Shown here: one piece after another, positions 40,174 to 49,649 of the stretch
Layout of the letters: every line of letters starts with the position of its first letter
Position numbering within the stretch: position 1 is the stretch's first letter
IMG/VR virus record: IMGVR_UViG_3300031758_009234
Span: 1-64,000 of that record
DNA length: 64,000 nt
Direction: 5' to 3' (one strand)
Origin: an uncultured virus (IMG/VR IMGVR_UViG_3300031758_009234)
Taxonomy: Duplodnaviria > Heunggongvirae > Uroviricota > Caudoviricetes
Made by a program: the position numbers and the translations under genes
The notes under the pieces: generated by a model
The model's input: only the letters and a program-made list of their open reading frames with translations
Databases searched by the model: none
Told to the model about the DNA's origin: nothing

Positions 40174-40497
40174 TTAGTTTAAACTATAATAACCTGGGCC
40201 AGGATAACCTTCAAATCCTGGAGGTGGTCCATCTTGATCATCGTCTTCATCTTCATCATAATAATCTTCATCATCGTCATCCGAATCAAAATCAAAACCC
40301 ATATTTACCAATTCAGACATAACTTCATCGGTTAGTTTCATATCACCTTTTCTTTCTTCCATGTAATTATCAAACATACCTACTGTGAACTTACCTTTTT
40401 CCTTTTTAATTTCTTCTAGTTTTGGTAGAATATCTTCAGCAATTTCTTCAGCTAAACTCTTATCATTATAACCTTCAAACGTTTTTAAATATTTCAT
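40174..40497 (-). CDS. leader-family protein
   Basis: MKYLKTFEG. Confidence 0.7.
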   Translation of the reverse strand: MKYLKTFEGYNDKSLAEEIAEDILPKLEEIKKEKGKFTVGMFDNYMEERKGDMKLTDEVMSELVNMGFDFDSDDDDEDYYDEDEDDDQDGPPPGFEGYPGPGYYSLN

Positions 40498-40512
40498 ATC
40501 TATTTTTATTTT

Positions 40513-40743
40513 TTAAATTCTCTTGAAATTATTTATCTCAACACACATATCAATATCTTCATAAGATTCACCATCAGAAACATCACTACCTTGTTCAACT
40601 AGAAACTTATTTAACTCTTCTCTTGTAGGCATTTGTGGGTGCTCAATAAAATAGATGTAGTGATCAGAACTTTCACTTGTAGTCGTTAAAACAAATTGTT
40701 TCATCTGACTATTATTTTCATTATATTTATTTAAGTATTTCAT
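40513..40743 (-). CDS. leader-family protein
   Basis: MKYLNKYNEN (start reassigned to 40743). Confidence 0.7.
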   Translation of the reverse strand: MKYLNKYNENNSQMKQFVLTTTSESSDHYIYFIEHPQMPTREELNKFLVEQGSDVSDGESYEDIDMCVEINNFKRI

Positions 40744-40753
40744 ATTGTATTTT

Positions 40754-41398
40754 TTATTTTTTAATGTATTCATATACATATTTTTTAAATCTCTTTTGAG
40801 TTTCTAAATCCATAGAAGAATAAACATTTTGAATCCAAGATACTTTTTTACCACCTCTCAAAACATCTAAAATATCATCATCACTCATTCCCACTTTTCT
40901 ACATTGAACAATAAATGAGTCAGCATAAGCCATAACTTCATCGGTTGAACTAAAATATTTCTTATGATCCACTGGTGATCTTTCTAAGTTTCTTATAGTT
41001 ACATCTGGTCTTCTTTGAGCTTGTTGTTTATGTACAGATTCGTGTCTTAATACTTCTTCCAAAAAGTCTAATAACCTATTCTTTAATGGACTATTAATAG
41101 ACTTTATAAACTCATTCTCATCTATACAGATATACATTTTATTAGTATAAACATTATGAGCTCCCCATCGAATACCACCCATTAATGGAGGCATATCAAC
41201 CGGAACCAACTCGATTTCCTTTTTTGTTTGTAGTTTAGATTTAAAGTATTCAACATCAACAAACTCAACATTCATATCATTGAATATCTCTTTTAAGTTA
41301 TCTAATGTTATGTTACTCATTGATCTAACTTTTTCAAGAGCTTCCGTGAAATCATATGGTTGAATTACAGCCTCATTAAATCTTTTCAAATATTTCAT
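40754..41398 (-). CDS. leader-family zincin-like metallopeptidase
   Basis: MKYLKRFNEA; HExxH in LRHESVHKQQ; downstream Glu in DEVMAYA. Confidence 0.7.
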   Translation of the reverse strand: MKYLKRFNEAVIQPYDFTEALEKVRSMSNITLDNLKEIFNDMNVEFVDVEYFKSKLQTKKEIELVPVDMPPLMGGIRWGAHNVYTNKMYICIDENEFIKSINSPLKNRLLDFLEEVLRHESVHKQQAQRRPDVTIRNLERSPVDHKKYFSSTDEVMAYADSFIVQCRKVGMSDDDILDVLRGGKKVSWIQNVYSSMDLETQKRFKKYVYEYIKK

Positions 41399-41421
41399 AA
41401 TGTATATATTAATTTTAATTA

Positions 41422-41766
41422 TTAATTTCTTCTTATATATGATATGTGTAAATTATAATTGATATAATCAATTGAGAATGTCGCTGGATTTCTAATTGAT
41501 TTAGAATCAACTTCTCCTCTTCTATACAATCTGAATCCAAATCCTTTAAGATAATTATCCAAATGGTTAAATACATCTGATATTTCATCTAAAGTAAATT
41601 TATTCTTTGATGAGATATCGATTGTAACTTGATCAACTGGTTTATCAAAATAACTAATAGTATATTTAAAATAACTTGGTAGTTCCATCAAAACATCTTC
41701 AATATATTCCTTATCAGGTAATTCTAAAACAGATTCAAACAACTTAAAGCTTTTTATCCTTTTCAT
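41422..41766 (-). CDS. leader-family protein
   Basis: MKRIKSFKLFES. Confidence 0.7.
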   Translation of the reverse strand: MKRIKSFKLFESVLELPDKEYIEDVLMELPSYFKYTISYFDKPVDQVTIDISSKNKFTLDEISDVFNHLDNYLKGFGFRLYRRGEVDSKSIRNPATFSIDYINYNLHISYIRRN

Positions 41767-42230
41767 ATTTTATTTACTTTTTTATTTTCTTCAAGATTGT
41801 CCATCAATTTATTCATATAACCTCTCAAATCAATTGTGTACGCAACACGAACTCTATTACTAGACATTCCTATTCTATTACCAATACACACATAATCTAA
41901 ATGTTCTTTTAATAAACGAAGAAACCTTTCTAATAAATCTTTATTTTTATCTTGTTCAACTTCATCCATAGTAACCATAAGCATTAAACCATTTCCATCA
42001 TCATCACCATGAAAGGTTGAACTAAAATCATCACAAGAACGACCAAATCTATCCTCATTTTTTAAATAAATAGATTGAATATTTACTTTACAATCAACTA
42101 AATGATCTTCTAACTCATAAAGTATACCTTCTATATCCTCTCTAACCTCAGATAGAACAACAACTCTATCTTTTGCCGTCATTTTACTACCTGTTGATTC
42201 AAACAACTTAAAACTTTTTATCCTTTTCAC
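41763..42230 (-). CDS. leader-family protein (GTG start)
   Basis: MKRIKSFKLFES, the same leader as its neighbour. Confidence 0.7.
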   Translation of the reverse strand: MKRIKSFKLFESTGSKMTAKDRVVVLSEVREDIEGILYELEDHLVDCKVNIQSIYLKNEDRFGRSCDDFSSTFHGDDDGNGLMLMVTMDEVEQDKNKDLLERFLRLLKEHLDYVCIGNRIGMSSNRVRVAYTIDLRGYMNKLMDNLEENKKVNKI

Positions 42231-42233
42231 AAT

Positions 42234-42524
42234 TTATTTATTTTGTTTATTATCTTCACCTTTAAACGGACCTAACATACCTTTTAAGTTCCAAGAAGAG
42301 ACAAACTTCTTGTTGTGTTTTTCATAGTCTTCATATGACTCAATACCACTATCAATAGGATTTTCAATATATTGAATGTTAGCACCTTGTTTATTCATAT
42401 CAGAAATACGATTACCAATATCAGTTTTAGCTGACATCTTCATAACTTTTTTTAACTGATCTACTGTTTGTTGACGAGGTAAAGCCTCATTTATACTAAA
42501 CTCTTCAAATTTCAATATCTTCAT
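42234..42524 (-). CDS. leader-family protein
   Basis: MKILKFEEFSINE. Confidence 0.7.
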   Translation of the reverse strand: MKILKFEEFSINEALPRQQTVDQLKKVMKMSAKTDIGNRISDMNKQGANIQYIENPIDSGIESYEDYEKHNKKFVSSWNLKGMLGPFKGEDNKQNK

Positions 42525-42534
42525 ATTCTATATA

Positions 42535-42897
42535 TTAATTTTTACGACTATAAATACCAACCGACAGTGCATAATTATATGAGTTATCCGGTAAATCATA
42601 GAACTTAACATCTTCTAATTCATATCCTTCAAACCTAATTTTATATTGTGGTAATCTTGGAATATCTTTTAATCTCTTTTCACCAAGTTCTTTAGCCATT
42701 TGTACCATTTCATCTCTATCATAAACATCATAGTTTGAAAAACATCTATCACACCAACCTTCGGTATAAATAATTTTATCTCCAATTTTAGTTATGATAT
42801 TTGTTTGAGATGGAATATCAGAATCGGGTATAGAGTTTACTAAGTCCGATAATTCGGATTCAAAGTTAAAACTCTCAAATAATTTAAGTTTTTTCAT
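42535..42897 (-). CDS. leader-family protein
   Basis: MKKLKLFES. Confidence 0.7.
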   Translation of the reverse strand: MKKLKLFESFNFESELSDLVNSIPDSDIPSQTNIITKIGDKIIYTEGWCDRCFSNYDVYDRDEMVQMAKELGEKRLKDIPRLPQYKIRFEGYELEDVKFYDLPDNSYNYALSVGIYSRKN

Positions 42898-42941
42898 TAT
42901 TTATATATTTAATTTTTAATATATAAAAATAAAACGACAAG

Positions 42942-43247
42942 ATGAAAAATATCAAAACTTGGGATATGTTCAACGAAGGTAAAACAATGAAAGCATCTAA
43001 ATCATCTGATTCTGATGTTAAAGTTGAAAAATTCAGAGAAACTATTGAGAACTTCTTGAAAAATATGAAAGACGCTAAAGTTAAAACTGTTGGTACAGAT
43101 TTAGAAGTTAACTTAGAAGATGTTAAAGTTCAAGTAATGTTCCGTAAAGATTATGTTGGTGTTAAGAAAGTAGGTGAGAAAGCCGAAGAATTCAAATACG
43201 ACCAATTAGGAAAAATTAAAAGTGAAATCAAAAAACACTTAAAATAA
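42942..43247 (+). CDS. leader-family protein
   Basis: MKNIKTWDMFNE; TTAATATATA upstream. Confidence 0.7.
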   Translation: MKNIKTWDMFNEGKTMKASKSSDSDVKVEKFRETIENFLKNMKDAKVKTVGTDLEVNLEDVKVQVMFRKDYVGVKKVGEKAEEFKYDQLGKIKSEIKKHLK

Positions 43248-43258
43248 AAAAAAACCAC

Positions 43259-43612
43259 TCAATTGAGTGGTTTTATTATTTCTTCTATTATTTCATTTCT
43301 CGATTCAGACTTAATCATATTAAGTAAATCCCCATATGTAATTTCTTCACTTAATAATTCATCTTTGTAATAAATATCAAACTCAGCAAAACTAGCAGTG
43401 TCTCCATCCATTCTTGGTAATTCACCATCATATCCTCTATACGAAACCATTGTAAGTCCTCTGAAAAATCCCCAACCACTTGAAACTAATAGATTTTGAT
43501 TCCATTCAGTGTAATCAGATTCTATTGTAACTTCGGTTCCACCAACATAATATTCATCTGGTTTTGCAATGAATTTAAAGTCCTTTAAAAAATCAATCTT
43601 AGAAATCATCAT
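43259..43612 (-). CDS. hypothetical protein, C-terminal tag-like
   Basis: Ends [14 protein letters not shown]. Confidence 0.6.
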   Translation of the reverse strand: MMISKIDFLKDFKFIAKPDEYYVGGTEVTIESDYTEWNQNLLVSSGWGFFRGLTMVSYRGYDGELPRMDGDTASFAEFDIYYKDELLSEEITYGDLLNMIKSESRNEIIEEIIKPLN

Positions 43613-44558
43613 CTAAACTATCAAAGTCAATATTCTTATCAGAAGCTTTTTGATATTCAGAAACTCTTTTCTCGAAGAAGTTAGATTTGTTTTGTAAAGA
43701 AAGCATATCCATAAAATCAAAAGGATTTTCAGAGTTATAAACTTTCTTACAACCTAATTCAGTTAACCAGAAGTCAGCAACGAACTCTATGTATTGTTGC
43801 ATCATCTTAGCGTTCATACCAATTAAAGAAACTGGTAAAGAATCAGTAACGAATTCTTTTTCAATCTCAACTGCTTCAGTAATAATCTCAGTAATTCTTT
43901 CAGCACTAACTTTATTCGTGATGTATTTGTTATGTAACAAACAAGCGAACTCACAGTGTAAACCTTCATCTCTTGAAATTAACTCATTAGAGAATGCTAA
44001 ACCTGGCATTAAACCTCTTTTCTTTAACCAGAAAATAGAACAGAATGATCCAGAGAAAAAGATACCTTCAACAGCAGCAAAGGCAATTAATCTTTCAGCA
44101 AATGAATCAGATTCAATCCATTTAAGTGCCCACTCAGCTTTCTTTTTAACAGATGGTACTGTTTCAATAGCATTGAATAAATGATCTCTTTCTTTAGAAT
44201 CTTTGATATAAGTATCAATCAATAAAGAGTAAGTTTCAGAGTGAACATTCTCCATTGCTATTTGAAAACCATAAAAACTTTTAGCCTCTGGATACTGAAC
44301 TTCTTTTAAGAAATTCTCAGCTAAGTTTTCATTTACGATACCATCAGATGCAGCGAAGAATGCTAAAACATTTTTAATATAATGTTTTTCATCATCATTT
44401 AATTTTTCATTCCAGTCAGTTAAATCTTGTGCTAAATCAATCTCTTCGCTCGTCCAAAATGACATTTCAGCAGTTTTATACTTTTCCCAAATGTCATGAT
44501 ATTTCAACGGAAACATCACAAAACGACTTTTGTTTTCTTTTAAAATATGTTCTTCCAT
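43599..44558 (-). CDS. nrdB: ribonucleotide reductase class Ia beta subunit
   Basis: [44 protein letters not shown]. Confidence 0.96.
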   Translation of the reverse strand: MEEHILKENKSRFVMFPLKYHDIWEKYKTAEMSFWTSEEIDLAQDLTDWNEKLNDDEKHYIKNVLAFFAASDGIVNENLAENFLKEVQYPEAKSFYGFQIAMENVHSETYSLLIDTYIKDSKERDHLFNAIETVPSVKKKAEWALKWIESDSFAERLIAFAAVEGIFFSGSFCSIFWLKKRGLMPGLAFSNELISRDEGLHCEFACLLHNKYITNKVSAERITEIITEAVEIEKEFVTDSLPVSLIGMNAKMMQQYIEFVADFWLTELGCKKVYNSENPFDFMDMLSLQNKSNFFEKRVSEYQKASDKNIDFDSLDDDF

Positions 44559-44611
44559 AATAATTTATTTTGTTTTTTTTATATATTCAATTTGAAATTT
44601 GTTTAGTTTTT

Positions 44612-44704
44612 AAAAAAAGAAAACCACCGAGGAGCGAATTCAGTGGTTTTCAAAAATATAGTCCACCCAGAGGGGCTTTAACTATAACGGGTCCTAAGCC
44701 GTTT
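44612..44704 (-). ncRNA. candidate structured small RNA complementary to 23S rRNA H69-H71
   Basis: Minus strand ACGGCUUAGGACCCGUUAUAGUUAAAGCCCCUCUGGGUGGACUAUA...AAAACCACUGAAUUCGCUCCUCGGUGGUUUUCUUUUUUU; nested hairpins and a terminator. Confidence 0.5.
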
Positions 44705-45257
44705 CTTTAAATTTATTACCTTTTGACAAATTATCTTTTGCCCAAAGTGGTTGTAAGTTTGATAGAGAATTTACTGTACTCAATTTTGTATTTTTATTAA
44801 ATTTACTTATTGGTTTTTTATGATCAATATGCCATTCACCATAATTATCCCAAGACATTCCGTCTTTAAATTGACATTCTATTCTTTGTTTCAATTTAAG
44901 ACTATTATACCCTAAAATCTCAAATGTTTTTTTATTCTTTTTTACTCCAAAATATTTTAAACATCTTCTTAGAATATCCCTAGCTGAATTTCCGATTCTA
45001 ATATTTAGATTATTTTTTCTAAGTTCCTTTCTTCTCTCCGAATAACTACTCTCATAATTCTTTGATTTTATTTTATAATCACCGGTATTCCTATATAATC
45101 GTTTTCTTTCTAAAACTCTATTAGTATTTGATTTGTAATGTTTTTTAACCATATCTTTTGAGCAATCTTTACAATAAATTTGATATCCAGTTTTAGAATT
45201 TTTCTTCTTGTGAAAATCACTCAACTCTTTATCAATGGAACATTTTTTACAAATCAT
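44694..45257 (-). CDS. HNH-type homing endonuclease
   Basis: MSWDNYGEWHIDHKKP..NLQPLWAKDNLSKG. Confidence 0.85.
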   Translation of the reverse strand: MICKKCSIDKELSDFHKKKNSKTGYQIYCKDCSKDMVKKHYKSNTNRVLERKRLYRNTGDYKIKSKNYESSYSERRKELRKNNLNIRIGNSARDILRRCLKYFGVKKNKKTFEILGYNSLKLKQRIECQFKDGMSWDNYGEWHIDHKKPISKFNKNTKLSTVNSLSNLQPLWAKDNLSKGNKFKETA

Positions 45258-45295
45258 ATTTTATATATTAAAAAATTATCCGTATGTTTGCTATT

Positions 45296-45679
45296 ATGAA
45301 AAGGTTATTTTTAGACGATTGGCGAATTCCTAGAGACTGTGCTACTTATATGTGGCAAAGAAAGGTGAATTGTACCGTATTCCACGAAGAATGGGATATA
45401 GTAAGATCGTATGGTCAATTTAAATCTTGGATAATTGAAAATGGTATACCAGATTTAGTAGCATTTGATTATGATTTAGCTGATGTTGAAGAATTAAAAG
45501 AAGAACTTCCATTTGAATATTGGTTTAATCTAGATGAAAATAGAGTTTATACTGGATTGGATTGTGTTATTTTTTTACTTAACTATTGTAAAGAAAGAAA
45601 CTTAAACTTTCCTGAATATATTATTCATTCAGCAAATCCGGATGGAAGTGATGAAATAAAAAAACTTTTAGCTGTGTAA
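45296..45679 (+). CDS. cyclic-phosphate-processing receiver-like domain protein (paralog of 12218)
   Basis: RLFLDDWRIP, AFDYDLA, TGLDC, IHSANPDG. Confidence 0.75.
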   Translation: MKRLFLDDWRIPRDCATYMWQRKVNCTVFHEEWDIVRSYGQFKSWIIENGIPDLVAFDYDLADVEELKEELPFEYWFNLDENRVYTGLDCVIFLLNYCKERNLNFPEYIIHSANPDGSDEIKKLLAV

Positions 45680-45695
45680 GATATACAATGTTTAT

Positions 45696-45917
45696 ATGAG
45701 AGCTTTTTTGATTATAGACACAGAAGATTTAAGAAAAGAAATTGAGGTAACACATACTCAAGTAAACTCCTTAATACCTATTATTAAGAAGATAAATAAA
45801 AATCATAGTGATTATCAATCACATGATTCATGGGAATTATTTGTGGAAATTTTAAACACAGAACCCGTAATAAGTGTTGATGATATAACATCAATAAATA
45901 TCTCATATCATATTTAG
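45696..45917 (+). CDS. hypothetical protein
   Basis: 73 aa ORF. Confidence 0.55.
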   Translation: MRAFLIIDTEDLRKEIEVTHTQVNSLIPIIKKINKNHSDYQSHDSWELFVEILNTEPVISVDDITSINISYHI

Positions 45918-45941
45918 TAATTAATTATAAAACAACATAAA

Positions 45942-46256
45942 ATGTTAAAACACGAAGTTAAAATTGAGTTTCAAAACTCAGAAGTTTTAAAATCTATTAT
46001 TGAAAAATCCTACTTTGAGGAAGGAACTAATGGTAAATTATTTGGTAAAAGTAATTACTTAGTTATGTCTAGTGACATAGAACCAGAAGCATTTGAAATC
46101 TTAAAAGAAGTTAAAAACTCAACAGTTAAAATCTGTAATCAAGAAATTATCGATGGTTCAATGAGATTTATCGTTGAGGAAACTGAAGGTGAGTTGAGAA
46201 TGTATCCAGCATCTATTTATTGTGTAAAAGAAGAAGATAAGTATAGCTTTTATTAA
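45942..46256 (+). CDS. hypothetical protein
   Basis: 104 aa ORF. Confidence 0.65.
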   Translation: MLKHEVKIEFQNSEVLKSIIEKSYFEEGTNGKLFGKSNYLVMSSDIEPEAFEILKEVKNSTVKICNQEIIDGSMRFIVEETEGELRMYPASIYCVKEEDKYSFY

Positions 46257-46900
46257 TATTCAAAATTATATTTATTACTTTTAAGTAAATTTATTCTTCT
46301 TTTTGTTATACAACAATTATCTATACCACCTATGATATAAGGTGGTATAGACTCTTTAAAACCTTGATAAATTGATATTTTATGGTCTATCGTCGGATAT
46401 GACATATCATTGGAGTTTAATTTCATATTTTCCAAAATGTTCTCTTTATCATAAAAATCAAGACCATCCCAAATCTCAAATAAATAAGGTTTATTTCTAT
46501 TGGTTATTCTATTAACTAATTTTCTATATTTTTTAAAATCAATAGAAGATTCAAATGGTATATAAATACCCTTTTCCTCTTTAGTTTTTATCATCTTATT
46601 CGAATTATTATATTTTGAGTCACCATATATTCTTTCTTTTGTAATAGAAGTCTTTTTATTTTTACAACCTTTACATGAATAATAATTATATCTACTTTTA
46701 TTCCTCAAATAGGCTCTATATTGTAGCTTTTTATGAGATCCACATATTTCACAACAACAATCTATTATAATTGGACTTTTATGAGATAAATGATTTATGT
46801 CAATTTCTATAATATCATACATCTTAACATCATAAAATTCACTTAGTCTGTTATAGTTTAGAGGAACTATTGTCGTTTTTATCTTTTTTGTTAATAACAT
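46253..46900 (-). CDS. HNH-like endonuclease (putative homing endonuclease)
   Basis: CEIC..CKGC; YPTIDHKISI..DNCCITKRRINLLK. Confidence 0.65.
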   Translation of the reverse strand: MLLTKKIKTTIVPLNYNRLSEFYDVKMYDIIEIDINHLSHKSPIIIDCCCEICGSHKKLQYRAYLRNKSRYNYYSCKGCKNKKTSITKERIYGDSKYNNSNKMIKTKEEKGIYIPFESSIDFKKYRKLVNRITNRNKPYLFEIWDGLDFYDKENILENMKLNSNDMSYPTIDHKISIYQGFKESIPPYIIGGIDNCCITKRRINLLKSNKYNFEY

Positions 46901-46977
46901 AAGATTCGTAATTTAATATATATATTAAATTACGAATGTCTGCTAATGGACATATGATAAAAAAATAAATTTTCCTT

Positions 46978-47997
46978 ATGATAAAACTTGATTGGAATGA
47001 TATTAGTATAGTACCAGCGATGATCTCTTCAATTTCTTCAAGAAGTGAGATAAATCCATATTTAAATGATAAGTTACCACTATTTACAGCTCCTATGGAT
47101 ACAGTAATAGATGAGAAAAACATAAATGAATTTGAAAAAAACTATATAAACATTTGCTTACCAAGAAATGTTAAGTATGATACTTTAAAAAATGATAACT
47201 ATTTTTACTCTTATGGATTAGACGAAATCTACAATTTATACAATTCAGATTCTAAATTACCAAAGAAGGTTCTTATTGACGTAGCAAACGGAAATATGCT
47301 TAGACTTTGGGAGGTTTCTAAACTATTAAAGGAAAAATTTGGAGACAACATTGAACTTATGGTTGGTAATATCGCTAATCCAAAAACTTATAGAGAATTT
47401 TGTGAAATTGGTGTTGATTGGATCAGAGTTGGTATTGGTGGTGGTTCTGCTTGTACAACTTCAGCTAACGTCGCTATTCACTATCCAATGGCTTCTTTAA
47501 TAAGAGAATGTAAAGATCTTTCTTATGGTGTTGATAAACCAACAAAGATTATCGCTGATGGTGGATTTAAAAACTTTTCAGATATAATTAAAGCTTTAGC
47601 GATGGGTGCTGATGCTGTTATGTTGGGTGGTGTTTTCAACAAATGTTTAGAAAGTTGTAGTGATAGTTTTTCTAAAAACGAATTAGGAGACTTTACACAA
47701 CTATCTAAAGAAGAAGCTGAGAAATACTTTGATGAAGGTGCTACTATCTATAAGTATTATAGAGGTATGTCAACAAAAGAAGTTCAAAAGTCTTGGAATA
47801 GAAAAGTAATTAAAACTGGAGAAGGCATTAGTAAATATAATAATGTAGAATATAAATTATCTGGTTGGTGTGAAAACTTTACAGATTATTTAAAGTCTGC
47901 TATGTCTTATACCGGGTGTAGAACTTTAGAAGAATACTGTGGAGAAGTTGAGTGGATTCAAATTAGTGATAACGCTTTTAATAGATTTAATAAGTAA
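46978..47997 (+). CDS. GMP reductase / IMP dehydrogenase family
   Basis: TAPMDTV, IDVANG, RVGIGGGSACTT, ADGG, YRGMST, SAMSYTG. Confidence 0.9.
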   Translation: MIKLDWNDISIVPAMISSISSRSEINPYLNDKLPLFTAPMDTVIDEKNINEFEKNYINICLPRNVKYDTLKNDNYFYSYGLDEIYNLYNSDSKLPKKVLIDVANGNMLRLWEVSKLLKEKFGDNIELMVGNIANPKTYREFCEIGVDWIRVGIGGGSACTTSANVAIHYPMASLIRECKDLSYGVDKPTKIIADGGFKNFSDIIKALAMGADAVMLGGVFNKCLESCSDSFSKNELGDFTQLSKEEAEKYFDEGATIYKYYRGMSTKEVQKSWNRKVIKTGEGISKYNNVEYKLSGWCENFTDYLKSAMSYTGCRTLEEYCGEVEWIQISDNAFNRFNK

Positions 47998-48026
47998 ACA
48001 AAAAACCAGTCAATGACTGGTTTTTT

Positions 48027-48653
48027 TTATTCATTATCTATTGATATAATATAATCTATTAGAGATTTGATACTATCAAACTTTTTAGTTCTATATTGAA
48101 CGAGATATAATTCATTCTCACTAACATAATTAACCTTATGATCATAATCTTCTAAATGTTCATATTGAACACCAAACTGAACAATATCTTTATGTTCACC
48201 ATTTATTGTATAATTAACTCTTTTTAAGTTATCACCTAAAAATTTCATACTTTTTATGATTAAATCTAAATCAGTATTATCGAAATAGAATTTACTTAAT
48301 TTAAAAGCAAATTGGTTTGTATCTGGATTAAATCCAGATGTAAAAAAACCTTTAAGTTGTTCAAAATACTTATTTGAGATATTATATTTTTTACTCGTTG
48401 TTCCATGACCGTGTTCAAATATCCAATCACATTGTTCTTTATTAAAATCAAATATACTAACCGGTAATGACTTAGAATGAGATTCTTCACCCTCTTCTTT
48501 TCTTTTTGTTAGAACAGCATTTATATCTCTAATTTTATCACCCAATTCGTTATATTCAATTCTTGACCAATGTAATAACTCTTCAAGATCCTCTGTATCC
48601 ATTGAATCATAAGAATGAACTTTATTTTCGTTATAACTCTTTATGTATTTCAT
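48027..48653 (-). CDS. leader-family protein
   Basis: MKYIKSYNEN. Confidence 0.7.
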   Translation of the reverse strand: MKYIKSYNENKVHSYDSMDTEDLEELLHWSRIEYNELGDKIRDINAVLTKRKEEGEESHSKSLPVSIFDFNKEQCDWIFEHGHGTTSKKYNISNKYFEQLKGFFTSGFNPDTNQFAFKLSKFYFDNTDLDLIIKSMKFLGDNLKRVNYTINGEHKDIVQFGVQYEHLEDYDHKVNYVSENELYLVQYRTKKFDSIKSLIDYIISIDNE

Positions 48654-49618
48654 TACTTTATATTTTTATTTTCATAATTGTGGTTTAATGTAATTCTCAT
48701 AAATGTTCTACGTTTACCTTTACTAATCAAAAGAGTTTCATGTGGTGTATTACTTGACATAAAATACAATTGATTCTTTTCAAATACAACTTTTCTATCA
48801 TCGGTCAATTGTTCTTGCATTTTTTCAAATGAACCTTCTCCTAAAATCTCACCATAGAACTCACCACTCCAAGCCTGACACCCAACTTCAGTTGATACAG
48901 TTAGAATACCTCCTTTACTTTCAGACACATAATCAGCAATTGGAATAATAACATCTTTATACGGTAATACCCAATCCATTTTAACATGAGAGTTATCAGA
49001 CTTAGCTTCATATTGATACTCTTTTATACGAGCACCTCCCCAACTTGGTTGTGGTTCAGCACCACCCCAAGAAGCTTTAAAATCATCATCGTACCTAGCA
49101 CCACCCCAACTTGGCTTTGGTTCAGCACCACCCCAACTTGGCTTTGGTTCAGCACCACCCCAAGAAGCTTTAAATTCATCCTCGTAATCTTCAACATCAT
49201 CGAAGAAATCATCACTTAAAACATCATCAACTTTTGTCTCGTTTAATTTTTTGAAGTTAGGATCAACACAAAAATTACCATCAATATGAACTCCTTCTCT
49301 TCTAAGAAACTCATCAGTTGTGAAGAATTTAGTATCAATTGTAACATAGTGTGTATTCGCGCCTTCTTGTAGAGGTATATTTTTAATTACTTCATTAAAA
49401 GCTTCCTCCCATATTTTAAATCCTTCGGGTAAAGAAACCCAACCTCCTGTATTTTCAAATGGCATAACACTTAATTTAAAATCTCCAAACTCTGGATCTG
49501 GTAAAATAACTTCACCTAGATTTTTAACATTAGTTCTGTGATAGTTAACATTTTCTATCAATCTAACATTATTTCTTAAACTCTCTTTAAAATTTTCAAT
49601 ATTTTTCAAATACTTCAT
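48653..49618 (-). CDS. leader-family protein with a 2OG-Fe(II) dioxygenase-like motif set and SWGGA repeats
   Basis: MKYLKNIENFKE; GVHIDG ... PHET..RTFMRITL (HxD..H..R). Confidence 0.6.
   Translation of the reverse strand: MKYLKNIENFKESLRNNVRLIENVNYHRTNVKNLGEVILPDPEFGDFKLSVMPFENTGGWVSLPEGFKIWEEAFNEVIKNIPLQEGANTHYVTIDTKFFTTDEFLRREGVHIDGNFCVDPNFKKLNETKVDDVLSDDFFDDVEDYEDEFKASWGGAEPKPSWGGAEPKPSWGGARYDDDFKASWGGAEPQPSWGGARIKEYQYEAKSDNSHVKMDWVLPYKDVIIPIADYVSESKGGILTVSTEVGCQAWSGEFYGEILGEGSFEKMQEQLTDDRKVVFEKNQLYFMSSNTPHETLLISKGKRRTFMRITLNHNYENKNIK
49030..49172 (-). repeat. 27-bp-based in-frame repeats encoding (P/A)SWGGA(EPK/R) x5
   Basis: GCACCACCCCAACTTGGCTTTGGTTCA repeated. Confidence 0.85.
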
Positions 49619-49649
49619 ACTTCATATTATTTTTTTATTACTTTATATA

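Noticed and set aside
44631..44698. An rRNA gene or group I intron
   Set aside because: Only about 30 nt match 23S rRNA, in permuted order, with no flanking rRNA sequence or recognisable intron core.
49030..49172. CRISPR array
   Set aside because: The repeats are in-frame coding tandem units without unique spacers; the same applies to 33669-33728 and 39076-39108.
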